A stretch of DNA of 64,000 nt. It comes from Okamejei kenojei. Taxonomy: Eukaryota. The notes beneath the pieces were generated by a model that was not told the origin of the DNA, did not search any database, and saw only the letters and a program-made list of their open reading frames with translations. Numbering within the stretch: position 1 is the stretch's first letter; the number at the start of each line of letters is the position of its first letter. The position numbers and the translations under genes are program-made. Where the stretch lies: positions 69,254,001 to 69,318,000 of the forward strand of contig CM069140.1 of NCBI GenBank assembly GCA_035221665.1. Direction: 5' to 3'. This document shows, piece after piece, positions 51,562 through 63,148 of the stretch.

Positions 51562-52090
51562 CCTAATCTGAGGAAAGACATTCTTGCCATAGAGGGAGTA
51601 CAGAGAAGGTTCACCATCTGATTCCTGGGATGGCAGGACTTTCATATGAAGAAAGACTGGATAGACTCGGCTTGTACTCGCTAGAATTTAGAAGATTGAG
51701 GGGGGATCTTATAGAAACTTACAAAATTCTTAAGGGGTTGGACAGGCTAGATGCAGGAACATTGTTCCCGATGTTGGGGAAGTCCAGAACACGGGGTCAC
51801 AGTTTAAGCATAAGGGGGAAGTCTTTTAGGACCGAGATGAGAAAAACATTTTTCACACAGAGAGTGGTGAATCTGTGGAATTCTTTGCCACAGAAGGTAG
51901 TTGAGGCCAGTTCATAGGCTATATTTAAGAGGGAGTTAGATGTGGCCCTTGTGGCTAAAGGGATCAGGGGGTATGGAGAGAAGGCAGGTAAGGGATACTA
52001 AGTTGGATGATCAGCCATGATCATATTGAATGGCGGTGCAGGCTCGAAGGGCTGAATGGCCTACTCCTGCACCTATTTTCTATGTTTCTA
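51562..52090 (+). mobile_element. Young CR1 LINE (family A) 3' fragment abutting an exon acceptor
   Basis: MAGLSYEERLDRLGLYSLEFRRLRGDLIETYKILKGLDRLDAG...NLWNSLPQKVVEASS. The tail ttctatgtttcta ends at about 52090. Confidence 0.93.
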
Positions 52091-52117
52091 ATAATGATAA
52101 TGTTTCTGTTGTTTCAG

Positions 52118-52297
52118 TTTAACTGTACATACTCAACAGCGAGCAAGAAATCAAAAGTGCCTCGACGCCGTAATTTCCCTTCAGTGAACCAAGTCAACAA
52201 CGCGACTTTGAACATGGAGCTGTACAGCACAGATTTGTTCCGTGCACCCACACAGGGAGTGCACACTGTTTCGGAAAATGCCCCATTATTTGTTGAG
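52118..52297 (+). CDS. TGFBR3: TGFBR3 coding exon (about exon 12), ZP-N/ZP-C linker and start of ZP-C
   Basis: gttgtttcag|TTTAAC...GTTGAG|gtaatg, 180 nt. FNCTY...NATLNMELYSTDLFRAPTQGVHTVSENAPLFVE resembles human NITFNMELYNTDLFLVPSQGVFSV. Confidence 0.95.
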
Positions 52298-53598
52298 GTA
52301 ATGATCTTGCCTAGCTTGCAAATGAAGAATTGTGCAATTGGTGCTTTATGCGGAATTATATCAGTTCCTTTTTAGTGTGCAATCAAACAAGCATGTGGTT
52401 AGCTTGTGGTTTTGCTTTCTATGGCTTGACAGGGAAAATTGCAGGCATAATCAACCCAGAAGTGATACTGGAATTTGACCAAAGTGGTTTTCCTAACCAT
52501 GACAATTACCGTAATTTCATTGTGGTGTGTAATACTGCTTTTAAAACTAAGATGCGATCTAAGACTGTTACATCACTAACTAAAGCACACACTTTATACA
52601 TTCATTATATTCTTGCTTATTCAAGCTGCTGTTAGTTAGGGTGAAATACCTAGCCAGCACTATTGCAGCAGTGACCACTTTATCCTGTCAATTTAAAAAA
52701 GCAATGAATGGCACATTTTTAGACTGTTTAAGAAAACACTCAATTTATCTGGAATTTTATCAGCAAATAAAAGAGCAATCTGTAATCTATATTCAAACAG
52801 TTTAAAAGACCAAAGTCTTTTTAAGCAAATGATTTAATGTATAAGCATTGATTCCCACGCAGCCCCTCTTCAATGTCGCAATGTGAAAATTAAAAAAAAC
52901 TGGGTAAAGTATTTCCTCTTATATAATTCTCACAAGCTTTCTCAAGTTTAGCTTTATTATTAGTATTATTAGTTACAGCTTAAGCAAGTTACGAATAGCA
53001 ATTTCTTGGTTGTCTGTTGAGTTACGTCATTCCTACTGTAGTGAAATCATTCAAAATAATTTAATGTGTCATTAAGATCACATGCAGCAGCAGATCAAAA
53101 GCATGCATGCGGGAACACGAAAGCACCTTTGCACAACCGGAGCCAATTCATGGTCGCATTGTTTCTTTTGTTGCAATGTCAGGAAGGAACTTCACAACAA
53201 CCTCATTATTCTGCCATTTTAAAAATAGATATAAAAAATAATGATGCAGTAATTTTCCAGATACTGATCTATTTCCATTCCACACATGTTGGTTCTTTGC
53301 GTAGTGGTAGACTTTTGTTTTTCTCTCGTGCGAAAGGCTAATCTGAACATACAGCCTGCTCTTGCTTTAAAGAGATGCTCATTGCCCTAGCCCACTATCA
53401 TAGGAGCAACCAAGCAATGCAGAATATTCACAATGAGAATAAAATTACTACAGCAAAAAAAAGTAAAATAGAATTAAGGCTGTAAATATTTTTTTCACAA
53501 GAATCCTCTTCCCCCTTTTTGATGATTTTGATTAAATTGCAATGTGATGCCATTTGAGAATTTTAAATACTTTTTCTCTTCTTGCTCTTTGTATTTAG

Positions 53599-53907
53599 GT
53601 CTCTATAACAAAATCTGACCCAGATATCAGTTTTGTCATCCAAACATGTTACATTTCTCCATCGTCGGACCCTGCTGCCCATTCAAACTATGCCATTATT
53701 GAAAACATTTGTCCAAGAGAAGACTCGGTGGCCTTCTACAGTTCCCAGAAGCTTGATTTCCTCATACCGCACGCAGAGATGGAGAAAAAGAGATTCACAT
53801 TTATCTTTAAGCCAGTCTACAACATTTCCTTGGTTTTCCTTCATTGTGAAATTACGTTATGCAGTAAAAAGGATGGTGAAAGTCAAGGATTTCCTAATCT
53901 CCCCAAG
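53599..53907 (+). CDS. TGFBR3: TGFBR3 coding exon (about exon 13), ZP-C
   Basis: gtatttag|GTCTCT...CCCAAG|gtttgt, 309 nt. VSITKSDPDISFVIQTCYISP...IIENICPREDSVAFY...KKRFTFIFKPVYNISLVFLHCEITLC. Confidence 0.96.
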
Positions 53908-54257
53908 GTTTGTCTATTTAGTCATTTGAAAATAAGGACATAAATACCAGCAATTTGCAATGCATGCTTTATTTCTACAAGTTTAGAATGTTAGTCAGAT
54001 TTCCTCATCCACGTTAAAAGCAGTTGGAACATTTATCTAGTTATAGATAACACAACACGCAGCTTTAACTAAAAGTTGCTGTAACTTTGCTTATGCCCAC
54101 TGCTGAAGTAAATAATGTGAGTCACCAGAATGATTTATGTATCACCTGACAGCCAACAATCTATATCTTGAGATCTGCCGTGTTGAATCATACATTGCTT
54201 GTGCATATTTTCTATAGAAAACATTTACCAGCTTTGTCACGGGCTCCTATAATCTTG

Positions 54258-54610
54258 TAGAGTCAGTCATACAGGACAGGAACAGTCCCTTCAGTCCAAC
54301 TTGTCCATGCTGACCAATATGCCCCATATGACAATAAAAGACTAATCCCATCTGCCCATGATTGACCCATCTCCCTCTAAACCTTTTCTATCCATGTGCC
54401 TGTCCAAATATCTCTTAAATGTTGTTATAATACCTGCCTCAACCCCTTCCTCTGACAACTTGTTCCAGATACCCATCATTCACTGTGTGGAAAAAGTTGT
54501 CCTTCAGGTTCCTATTAAATCTTTATCCTCTCACCTTAAACCCAGCCCCTCAAGTCCTGGAAAAATCCTTGTAAATCTGCTCTGCACTCTTTCCAGTTTA
54601 ATGACATCTA
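54258..54610 (-). mobile_element. CR1 LINE (family B) 3' fragment
   Basis: agagtcagtcatacaggacaggaacagtcccttc...cccatctccctctaaacc...cctattaaatcttt. Confidence 0.8.
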
Positions 54611-54897
54611 TTTTTATAATCATATATACAAAATCACTATGAGTGCAGTTAATTAATTGGTAAGCACGAAAATCAATTTAAATTTCTGGCCTCAAAAATA
54701 CTTGGGATTGATCATTGGAATTTTGCATTATTCATTGGCAGAAAATATGTTACTCCAAAGATTCCAGCCATTTTTAAAACAATGCAATGGTTACTAAACC
54801 ATAATCAGTGTTTGCAATTATTGTTAACACAAAGCATTACATCTGTTGAATATGCTTGTTTTTAACCTGATTTTGATATATCTGTCTCTTGCTGCAG

Positions 54898-55027
54898 TGT
54901 ATTCCACCTGATGAAGCTTGTATAAGTGTGAATTTTCAAATAATAATGGCTATGGCAAGGAACAGGCAAGCATTTACAAAACCACTGGCCGTCATTTCTG
55001 GAAAAGTTGCTCCAACCATCGCACAAG
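54898..55027 (+). CDS. TGFBR3: TGFBR3 coding exon (about exon 14), end of ZP-C and external hydrophobic patch
   Basis: cttgctgcag|TGT...CAAG|gttagt, 130 nt. CIPPDEACISVNFQIIMAMARNRQAFTKPLAVISGKVAPTIAQ resembles human CVPPDEAC...FTKPLAVI. Confidence 0.95.
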
Positions 55028-55056
55028 GTTAGTCACCATTAAAAGCCTGACTAGTT

Positions 55057-55081
55057 TGTGTGTGTGTGTGTGTGTCTGTGT
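55057..55081. repeat. (GT)n microsatellite about 30 nt downstream of an exon donor
   Basis: tgtgtgtgtgtgtgtgtgtctgtgt seen directly. Confidence 0.9.
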
Positions 55082-57319
55082 CACATATACTTCTTGTGCA
55101 TTGGTTTACATAACGGGTAATCCACACAGATGTGTGCAATCAGTAACTGCTTTCCTCTAGGCTAGCAAAAAAACATTAATGAAGTGTGGAATGTCACATT
55201 TTCACAGATGGCAGGGTTTTTTTTGTGATCGAATGGAGGTATGAAATTTTCTCTAGACCAAGCTATCAAGATCTCACTGCTCACATTGAGGCAGTGTCAA
55301 ACGAGAGGAATGAAATCACTGGTAGATTAGCAGAACTTTTGCATATTGTTGTAAATAATACCTTTACTTGCAAGGGTTAAATATATTTGTGATACGACTT
55401 GAACAGAAGGGAAGCATCAGTTGAAAGAAATGGCAGAAAAGTAGAATTGAGTGTCATCGATTTGGCATATGTATGGAAAATAATCCTATCTAGGACAGGA
55501 ACGCATTATAGTGTGAGCCTATGATAACCAATGCAGTCCAGGGGTAAAGGTGCATGTAAGACCACATCTCATTAACAGAAGTTTGACGGCTGCTTCTACG
55601 TTGTTGGACGAAACACCACAGATCTGCAGCTGGATGCTGGAGGACTAATGATTAGCGAGAGTAAAGCGATCGACCATGTCAAGTGCTTTGGAGCAGTTGA
55701 AGATGGTCAAGAGGTTATGGTGCCATGCCATTTATTGAGTATTGGTTTGTTCTAGCCAGTAATGGTTTTTGAGGTGGGGAGAGTTGCGTAGGCAATAGGG
55801 AGAGAGCATCTCCCATTCCTTCAGAAGGTGATGAGAGAGAGAGAGACAATGGGGTCTGGGATGCCATGGAACTGTTCCCAGTCCCTGACAAAGGGCTGCT
55901 CTCAACCAGTGTCAATCAGGCGGGGGTGGGGGGGCTAGGGGATTGTATTATGTTCCTGGCCCAACAGTGTACAGCCCAAATAGATCTTTTTTTTTTATAT
56001 TGGGGAGGGATATGTCCCTATGAACGTTATGGTTGGATGACCAAGAACGCTGTAATAAATCAACAATCTGCACAGTATCAGTATAGAATTTTTCACAGGA
56101 AATATGAATGGACTATTGTTTTATATCTTGGTAAAAGTATGAAGTTTGCTTTCCAGTGTAGTTTTGTTTATTAAGTTGAATTTGGACTGTTTGATTGGGG
56201 TTGAAGAGCATATTTGCTCTAACAGATCAGTTGCGTGAAGGATGGATAGATCTGACCATGTACTCCTGTACATGTTATTGTTTAAATCTGTTCCATTAAA
56301 AAATGGCCTTGTTAACAAAGAACAGTTGTTTTCAATATAGTCTGTACAAGATTTAAATGAAAAACTATGAGCTGGATATATACATTTGTAACAAAGTCAT
56401 AAACAAACTGTTATTGAAAGCCTAATTTCATAATTGGATTGTGTCTCATTGTTTTGTGCTTGATTCTGCTCTAGCCTAACATATCAACCAAATACATATT
56501 CTGATCAGACCAGGACATCTCTATCGTTGTTTTTTCCTCCCTGCCTTCAATTGGATGCAGATCCATTCAAGATAGCTCATTCACCCTTACCTACACCCAA
56601 TATGGTTTACCAGATAGAGGTTCACGCCATGCCATCCCTACCCCACGCCACCCCTCCATCACATCTCACTATATCTTCACTGCCTCTATATTGGCCTGAA
56701 CCTATACGAGCTGCAATTTTATCAAAATAAACAGTAGGAAAGACAAGTAAAAGTTGACTTTGATTCTGACACAAACTCGATAACCTTGACCCAATACCAC
56801 GCTCTAAAATGCTGAAGTAATCTACAACCTTGGCTAGTGTCTGGGGAAAGAAACCGACGAGATCTGATTTTTCAAATCTTTTCTCACTTGCCTCCTACGT
56901 TCAACACTTCGAAACTTCAGCTCGCCAACAACTCTGAAGAGATTGATGCAGGCAACAAAAACAATTATGGTAATCTGGAATAAATAACCACACCCCTTTA
57001 TAAACAACATGTTTTGAAGCATATGGACTTTGTTTATCCATTCTTTTATAAGTGAAGCAAGCAGTGCTTATATGGAAAGATATTTGATGAATTACTTATG
57101 TGTTTATTCTGTTTAGACAGTAAAGGGAGGGAAGTCTATTAAATGCATTTTGCTCTATTTTGATTGTCTGTGTGTGAAGGTGTTCATTTTTGTACTTTAC
57201 CATTTTCTTAGTTAATAGATAAATTCAATGGATTGCAAGAACATTCCACACTGTTTTGGTTTGCACACTGGGTTAAATTTCTTTAAAATTGAACATTTCT
57301 TAAAACAAAGGCCACCCAA

Positions 57320-57510
57320 GTAACTGCAGATGCTTGCGAAAAACACAAGCTTCTGGAGAAGCTCAGCGGGTCACGCAGCATCTGAGGAGAGAATGACCAG
57401 ATGATGTTTCCATTCGGGCCTGAAGAAGGGTCCTGAACCAAAACATCAGTAGTCCATTCTTTCCCCAGTTACTACCTCGCCTGCTGAGTTCCTCCGGCAC
57501 TCTGTTTATG
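57320..57510. mobile_element. Penelope-like inverted pair (degenerate)
   Basis: ctggagaagctcagcgggtcacgcagcatc...cctgaagaagggtcctgaaccaaaacatc...ctgctgagttcctccggcact. Confidence 0.65.
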
Positions 57511-57543
57511 CTATGTCTTAAAATAAACATATCAACCAAATAC

Positions 57544-57697
57544 ATATTCTGCACTCTGTATCTTCGCCTTTGCTGTATCTACTGCACTTGAGTTTGACTT
57601 GATTGTATTTGTGTGGTATATCTGATCTGTTTGGATAACATGAAAAACAAAGCTTTTCATTGCACCCTGGTACATGTGACAAGAATAAACCTAAACC
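57544..57697 (+). mobile_element. Rex1/Babar-like 3' tail fragment
   Basis: atattctgcactctgtatcttc...aaagcttttcattgcaccctggtacatgtgacaagaataaacctaaacc, matching 26140-26310. Confidence 0.65.
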
Positions 57698-58115
57698 ATT
57701 GTTCTGCATGAACAAGTAATGGTGAGATACAAATTCAAGGCAAAAACAGTGTCTTAAAATGTAACATGGAATTATTTTTGACCACACAGTTGTGTTTAAA
57801 ATCCCCAGTCCCGTTTCTTTCCACCCCCCCCCACACTTTTCTCCAGCCAAGAGAGAAAGCGGGAGGCTCCTTCAATCTATCCATCAAAGCCATTTTGTAC
57901 GAGCAATGTACTTAAGCAATAAAAAAGAAATGTAGAACTGCTAGTGAACACAATATATGCAATCAGCATGTATCCTAGTAACTTGTTCTTTACTATGTTT
58001 ATAGAATTCAGTTTTAATATTTTATCAAACTCTTCTTGTGAACTCGAGAATGATGACTGGCCAAAGGCCAATATTTTGATAGGTAATTAATACATTTGAT
58101 TTTTTTTCTTTTTAG

Positions 58116-58157
58116 TGAAAATGGACACCCAGATTATTGCCGAGAAACCAAGGCCTT
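58116..58157 (+). CDS. TGFBR3: TGFBR3 42-nt juxtamembrane micro-exon (about exon 15)
   Basis: Strong T-tract tttttttctttttag, donor gtaagt, 42 nt, phase 1-1, open frame (V)KMDTQIIAEKPRP. Position and length fit the short human juxtamembrane exon as I recall it, but sequence similarity is low. Confidence 0.8.
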
Positions 58158-60572
58158 GTAAGTTAAATTATTAAATGTTATTTTAGCTGTAAAATTGTTA
58201 TGCTTATAAGGATATGCTTATGTTTTAAAACTAATAAGAGAATCAAGGAGGTAATGCAAGAAGGTAGCGCAGAGGTAGAAGATCAGCCATGATGATCTTG
58301 ATGGTGGAGCAGGCATAAGGCGCAGGATGGAAGCTGCTACTACTAATGTTCATTCGTGTTCTTATGAACGAGCTTTCAGTCAGTGGTACCATTTGCTTTG
58401 ATAAGTAATAAGTTTCCTCATTCAGTGACTTGTTATTTTTGGAATGTTTTGCAGCATAATATAAAACTTAACACATCATAATGTTTTCAACATTGAACAG
58501 TACAGCACAGGAACAAACCCTTCATACCATAATGTTTGTGCTGAAGATGATACCAAGTTAAAGCCCTCTTTGGGCTGTACATGATCCATATCCCTCTATT
58601 CCCTGTGCCTATTCAAAAGTCTCTTAAATGCCGCTATCGTGTCTGCTTCCTCCACCACCACTGTGCAAAAATACATGCCTCACATACCTCCAATAAAGTT
58701 TTCCCATCTCCAAACAACTTTTTGCATAAGTTCCTGTTGTTTATTTATTGCCCCTAACCACTTTTAAGAGTTCCCAACCCTAAATTTCTTCTCCAGTAGG
58801 TGACTGACCCTGCCTTATCCAATCAAACCCCAACCTAAATCTCTCTCTCTGTCTCTAAAACTACCTCTTTACAACCTTGTTCCAGCCCCACCTCCCTCAT
58901 CCCGCCTCCCTTCTCTCACACTGGTGATTCAAAGCCCAAGTTGATTTCTTCCCTCATGTCATGAGCTTTTGGATAAAGAATGCAAGATTGTTCTACCCAA
59001 CATGACATCCCGGGGCCAGCCTGAACTAAAATTGAGCTGTTGGGGATCCTTGGACCAAACTGGTATAGCACCATCTCTTCAGTGCTGCTTTCATGCATTG
59101 ATTCAGGTCCACGTTCTTTTAAAGTATGATTTTACATTAAATGTATTTTTGATTAAGAAACCGTTTAATTCTATGGATTTAATTCCTCTTTTCATTCACT
59201 CTCACTGCTAAAAGTGAATGGGAAGAGGAATTATATCCACAGAATGAAACTGTTTAATTCTCTCTCTATATTCAGAAATACATGTGAAAATGAAAGCATC
59301 AATTCACAAACATCCCTATGTATTACTAATTAATGTAGCAACTCTCTCTGAAACTACAACCTTGCTTGCCTATACTGCCTGCCACGATTAGCTAACATAG
59401 AGGTATTGTGACAGGATTACAGCATAGTGAAATTTAGCCCCAAAAGCTGACCAGAGGTCTTGCAAGTGAAAAAAAAACAAAGCATGTGCCATTAACCGTA
59501 ATTATATGGGAACACTGATTTTCCTTCTGTCTGGAAATAACAAATGGATAGTCTTAAATTATAAAGAATTAATAATCTATTCTAAACTTAAGATAATAAA
59601 TAGCAATATAAATTTAAAATCTCTTAATTAGATGATTATTACTAAAATAGAAAAGAACTGGGGCACAAATAATACTCAACGACACCACTGGAAGCTAAGT
59701 AGTCTTTTTTTGTAAGTGTAACATTTAGGATAAGTTTGCTCTTTAAAGGTAAGCTACTGTGCATAATAAATTCATGAATCACACTGGAAAATGTTCTTTA
59801 AAGGTTGTTTATTTCAACACTTTTTGATTTTATCAAACATATGTGAGTTGGTTAATGTTTAAAATACGTAGTCGACCTTTGCCCCATTTTAAACAATTAG
59901 TTATTTAACTTATTTTATCACCATTAATAAATATAATCTCTAACACCTTCTGAGATTTGCTATTTACTCTTGCCCATTTCCAGCTACTGTTATTGAGATT
60001 TCATGTTGCCTCCTTCTAAATCATGGTTTCAGACTTAATTAGAGCAGGATGGATAGCAGCGATCTGAACCAGATTTGTTAATAAGGTGCACACACATAGG
60101 CCTTTGTGCAGTCGATGTCTTTAGGTCTAAAGCCTCCCTGTAAATAGTCTGTGTTTCAGAATTTAAGAAAAAACGTATTGTGATGTTTGAGACAGTGCAA
60201 ACACGCAATCAAACCTGTAGACAAATTAATTGCTGTTGGCATGAGTATGTTGCATTTAAACACTAGTTCAGTTGTCATTACTAATAAATAATTCTGCACA
60301 TCTGAAACTGATTTTTTGGTGACTAATAATCCCAACTGAAGATTTATTTAATATAATACTTCATATCTACATACAAATAGGTTAATTGTTGAATTGCTGA
60401 TGTTTGCATTGTGCCCTAAATACTAGATCACTTGTCATTATGTTACTATCCATGAATAAACCTGTACACTCAAAAATAAGATTTTTTGTTAAATGATAAT
60501 TCCAACTGGAGTTGTGTTAATTTTTTGTCATATCTACATGCACATCTGTATAATATTTCTTCCATCTTTCAG

Positions 60573-60680
60573 ATATAATTTATGGTCTCGATACTCCCAC
60601 AGTGGTGGGAATTGCATTTGCAGCCTTTGTGATTGGTGCCCTTCTGACAGGAGCTTTGTGGTACATTTACTCTCGCACAG
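60573..60680 (+). CDS. TGFBR3: TGFBR3 transmembrane exon (about exon 16)
   Basis: catctttcag|AT...ACAG|gtaggc, 108 nt. [35 protein letters not shown] is nearly identical to the betaglycan transmembrane segment. Confidence 0.98.
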
Positions 60681-60889
60681 GTAGGCTTGAAATTATTTTA
60701 TTTCTCTATATCCATGGCATAGGATCATCCTCATTCTCTGGAGATGAAACAATTACATTTTCCTGGTGGATAAGGAAAGGATTAATAGTCAACTGAGATT
60801 AAAATACGGATGAACATACAGATCTCAGTTTTGATTCCTTTTCTGAATATGGACAAAATTTACAACTTGATTGATTCTAAATCATACAA

Positions 60890-61245
60890 TTAGAACATAG
60901 AGCAGTACAGTATTGGAACAGGTGCTCCGGCCCATAATGACAGCTGAACATAATGCCAGAATAAACTAATCTCATTTGCCTGTACATAATCCATATCTCT
61001 CCATTCCCTGCGTATACATGCGCCTATCTAAAAGCCTCTAAAACATCACCATCCTTGGCTTTGCTGTCCAGGTACCCAATACACTCTGTGTTGAAGCAAA
61101 CTTGCCCTACACATCTCCTTTAAATTTTGTCCCTTTTGTCTTAAAGCAATGCCCTCCAGTCTTTGACATTTCCACCCTTGGAAAATGGTTCTGACAGTCT
61201 ACCTTATCTATGCCTTTCATAATTTTATATAATTCTATCAGGACT
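60890..61245 (-). mobile_element. Old CR1 LINE 3' fragment
   Basis: tagaacatagagcagtacag...ccatatctctccattccctgc...aaacttgccctacacatctcctttaaa. A similar piece lies at about 58490-58715. Confidence 0.7.
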
Positions 61246-61314
61246 AAAATAAAGTGCATAAAATTATGAGAAATTTATAGAATTGTAGGCTTTCTTTTAA
61301 AACTTGTAGAAATC

Positions 61315-61600
61315 TGTTTGGAGATACAGCATGGAAATGGTCCTTTGGCCCATCGAGTCCACACCGACCATCGATTGCCCGTTCACACTTGAACTTATCC
61401 CACTTTTTCATCCACTCCCTACTCACTAGAAACAATTTACAAATGCCAATTAACCTATAAACCCGCATGTCTTTGGGTTATAGGAAGAAAGCAGAGCAGC
61501 TGTATGAAACCCACGTAGTCACAGGGGGAATGCGCAACCTGGGTCAGGATCAAACCCGGGTCTCTGAAGCAGCAGCTCTATTGGCTGTGCCACCGTTGTA
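61315..61600 (-). mobile_element. V-SINE (HE1-like)
   Basis: gagatacagcatggaaatggtcctttggcccatcgagtccacaccgaccatcga...ggtcaggatcaaacccgggtctctg...gcagctctattggctgtgccacc. Confidence 0.85.
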
Positions 61601-63148
61601 AGAGTATTTTTAGAATTTGAAGAATGAGTGGAAATACGTTTTCAAAATAATAATTTAACATAAGGTTCAAGCAATGTGGCCTTAATAAAGTTATTTTTTT
61701 TAATATTATGTTGGCCATTTCCTTGAAATACATTTAGCTTGATGCAATGGGTCTGTGGAAGCTGACAGGATAGGAGGATGAGTTCATAAGAAATATTGCC
61801 AGAGGATAACCTCCTGTGCATAGCCTAGGGGAAATTGGTTATAATTTATGAAGTAAAGGGAAAATGCTACCACATGCAATCTGTAAAAGTAAAGTTGGTG
61901 AGTATGTACTGAAATACTCTGCAGGTAAAATGGCATTTATAATCTCTTCAGAGAAGGCATTTTAATTAATCTTTTAATTTCTCTAAATCTCTATTCTTAA
62001 TTATAGAGCAATTTGCATTCATCAATATTCTCTGTGTTTGTATATTTTTTTAATGTAGCTCCCCAGGTAGAAATATATCAGTATTTGTTTTTATTAAAAA
62101 GCCATGTTGTTCTTAGCAGCTTGGATGGAGGTTCGCTTTGTCCTTATGATTTGGCTTTGAGCTGAGCCAACAATGGGTTTAATTTTCACTTATTTTAGCA
62201 AATGTAGACTTTCTAATATGATCCACTCTGGGTCTTTCTAACATTTTGACTGATCGTGAGCCCACCACTCAAAGCCACACGTCATTGAGCCAAATTGATG
62301 GTCTCATTTCACCAATGGTTTTAGTGTGGTGTTAAAAACAGAAGAACATTCACATGCATTAGGCATTGCTTTGAGACGTGCATGGCCCTCACTACCTGAT
62401 CCTAGAAGATTGATAAATGACTCAAAATATACTATTGGTCAACGTTATAAGGTGCTCCACCTTATCGAACACACAAAAAAAAACCTTTCAAAAGAAAGTC
62501 CAGGTTGGGATTAGAAATGACGTAAAAGTGACATCAATCAAAGGTTCATCTGTCTTTTTTTGATGGGTGATCGAATATAATTGATGATGTTCACAGAGAA
62601 CCCTCATATCATTGGCTTTACCACCTGGCTGAACTATAGGAATAGATCACAGCAGCAGAGTGCTAAACTATGGGAAATAACACTGTACTTTATGGCAGAG
62701 CTCAAATATAAATCCTAGACCTTTCTTTGAATCACTCTGTGTTCTATTGACAGAGTTCGATGTTGCTCTACACTCCCCTCAGGGCCTTTTAAATTCTCCA
62801 GGAAATGGCAAGATATTTATCACAGAACTGTTTTGAGTTATAAGAGGGATCTTTCATTGTGTCTAAATCATCCAGCATTGACTTAATTACATTATTGCTG
62901 AACAAAAAATATGCAAGGATGTGTAAGGCAAACAGTTTTAAAATACATTATAGAACTATTTACTGTCACCGCTCAATTGACTTCCATTTTTTATCTGGAT
63001 GTGAATATTTTAGATTTAAAGGGAATCAAGGAACATGGGGTTAGTGCAGGAAAGTGACGTTAAGGTAAGAATTAAGAAATCTTTGCTTTGAATGTCAGAG
63101 CAAGGAGAAGAGCTGCATTCCACTGCTTCTGTTTCTTTTGTCCTTGTA

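Noticed and set aside
54955-54970. ARNR as a ZP-type consensus furin cleavage site before the hydrophobic patch
   Set aside because: It does not fit R-X-K/R-R.
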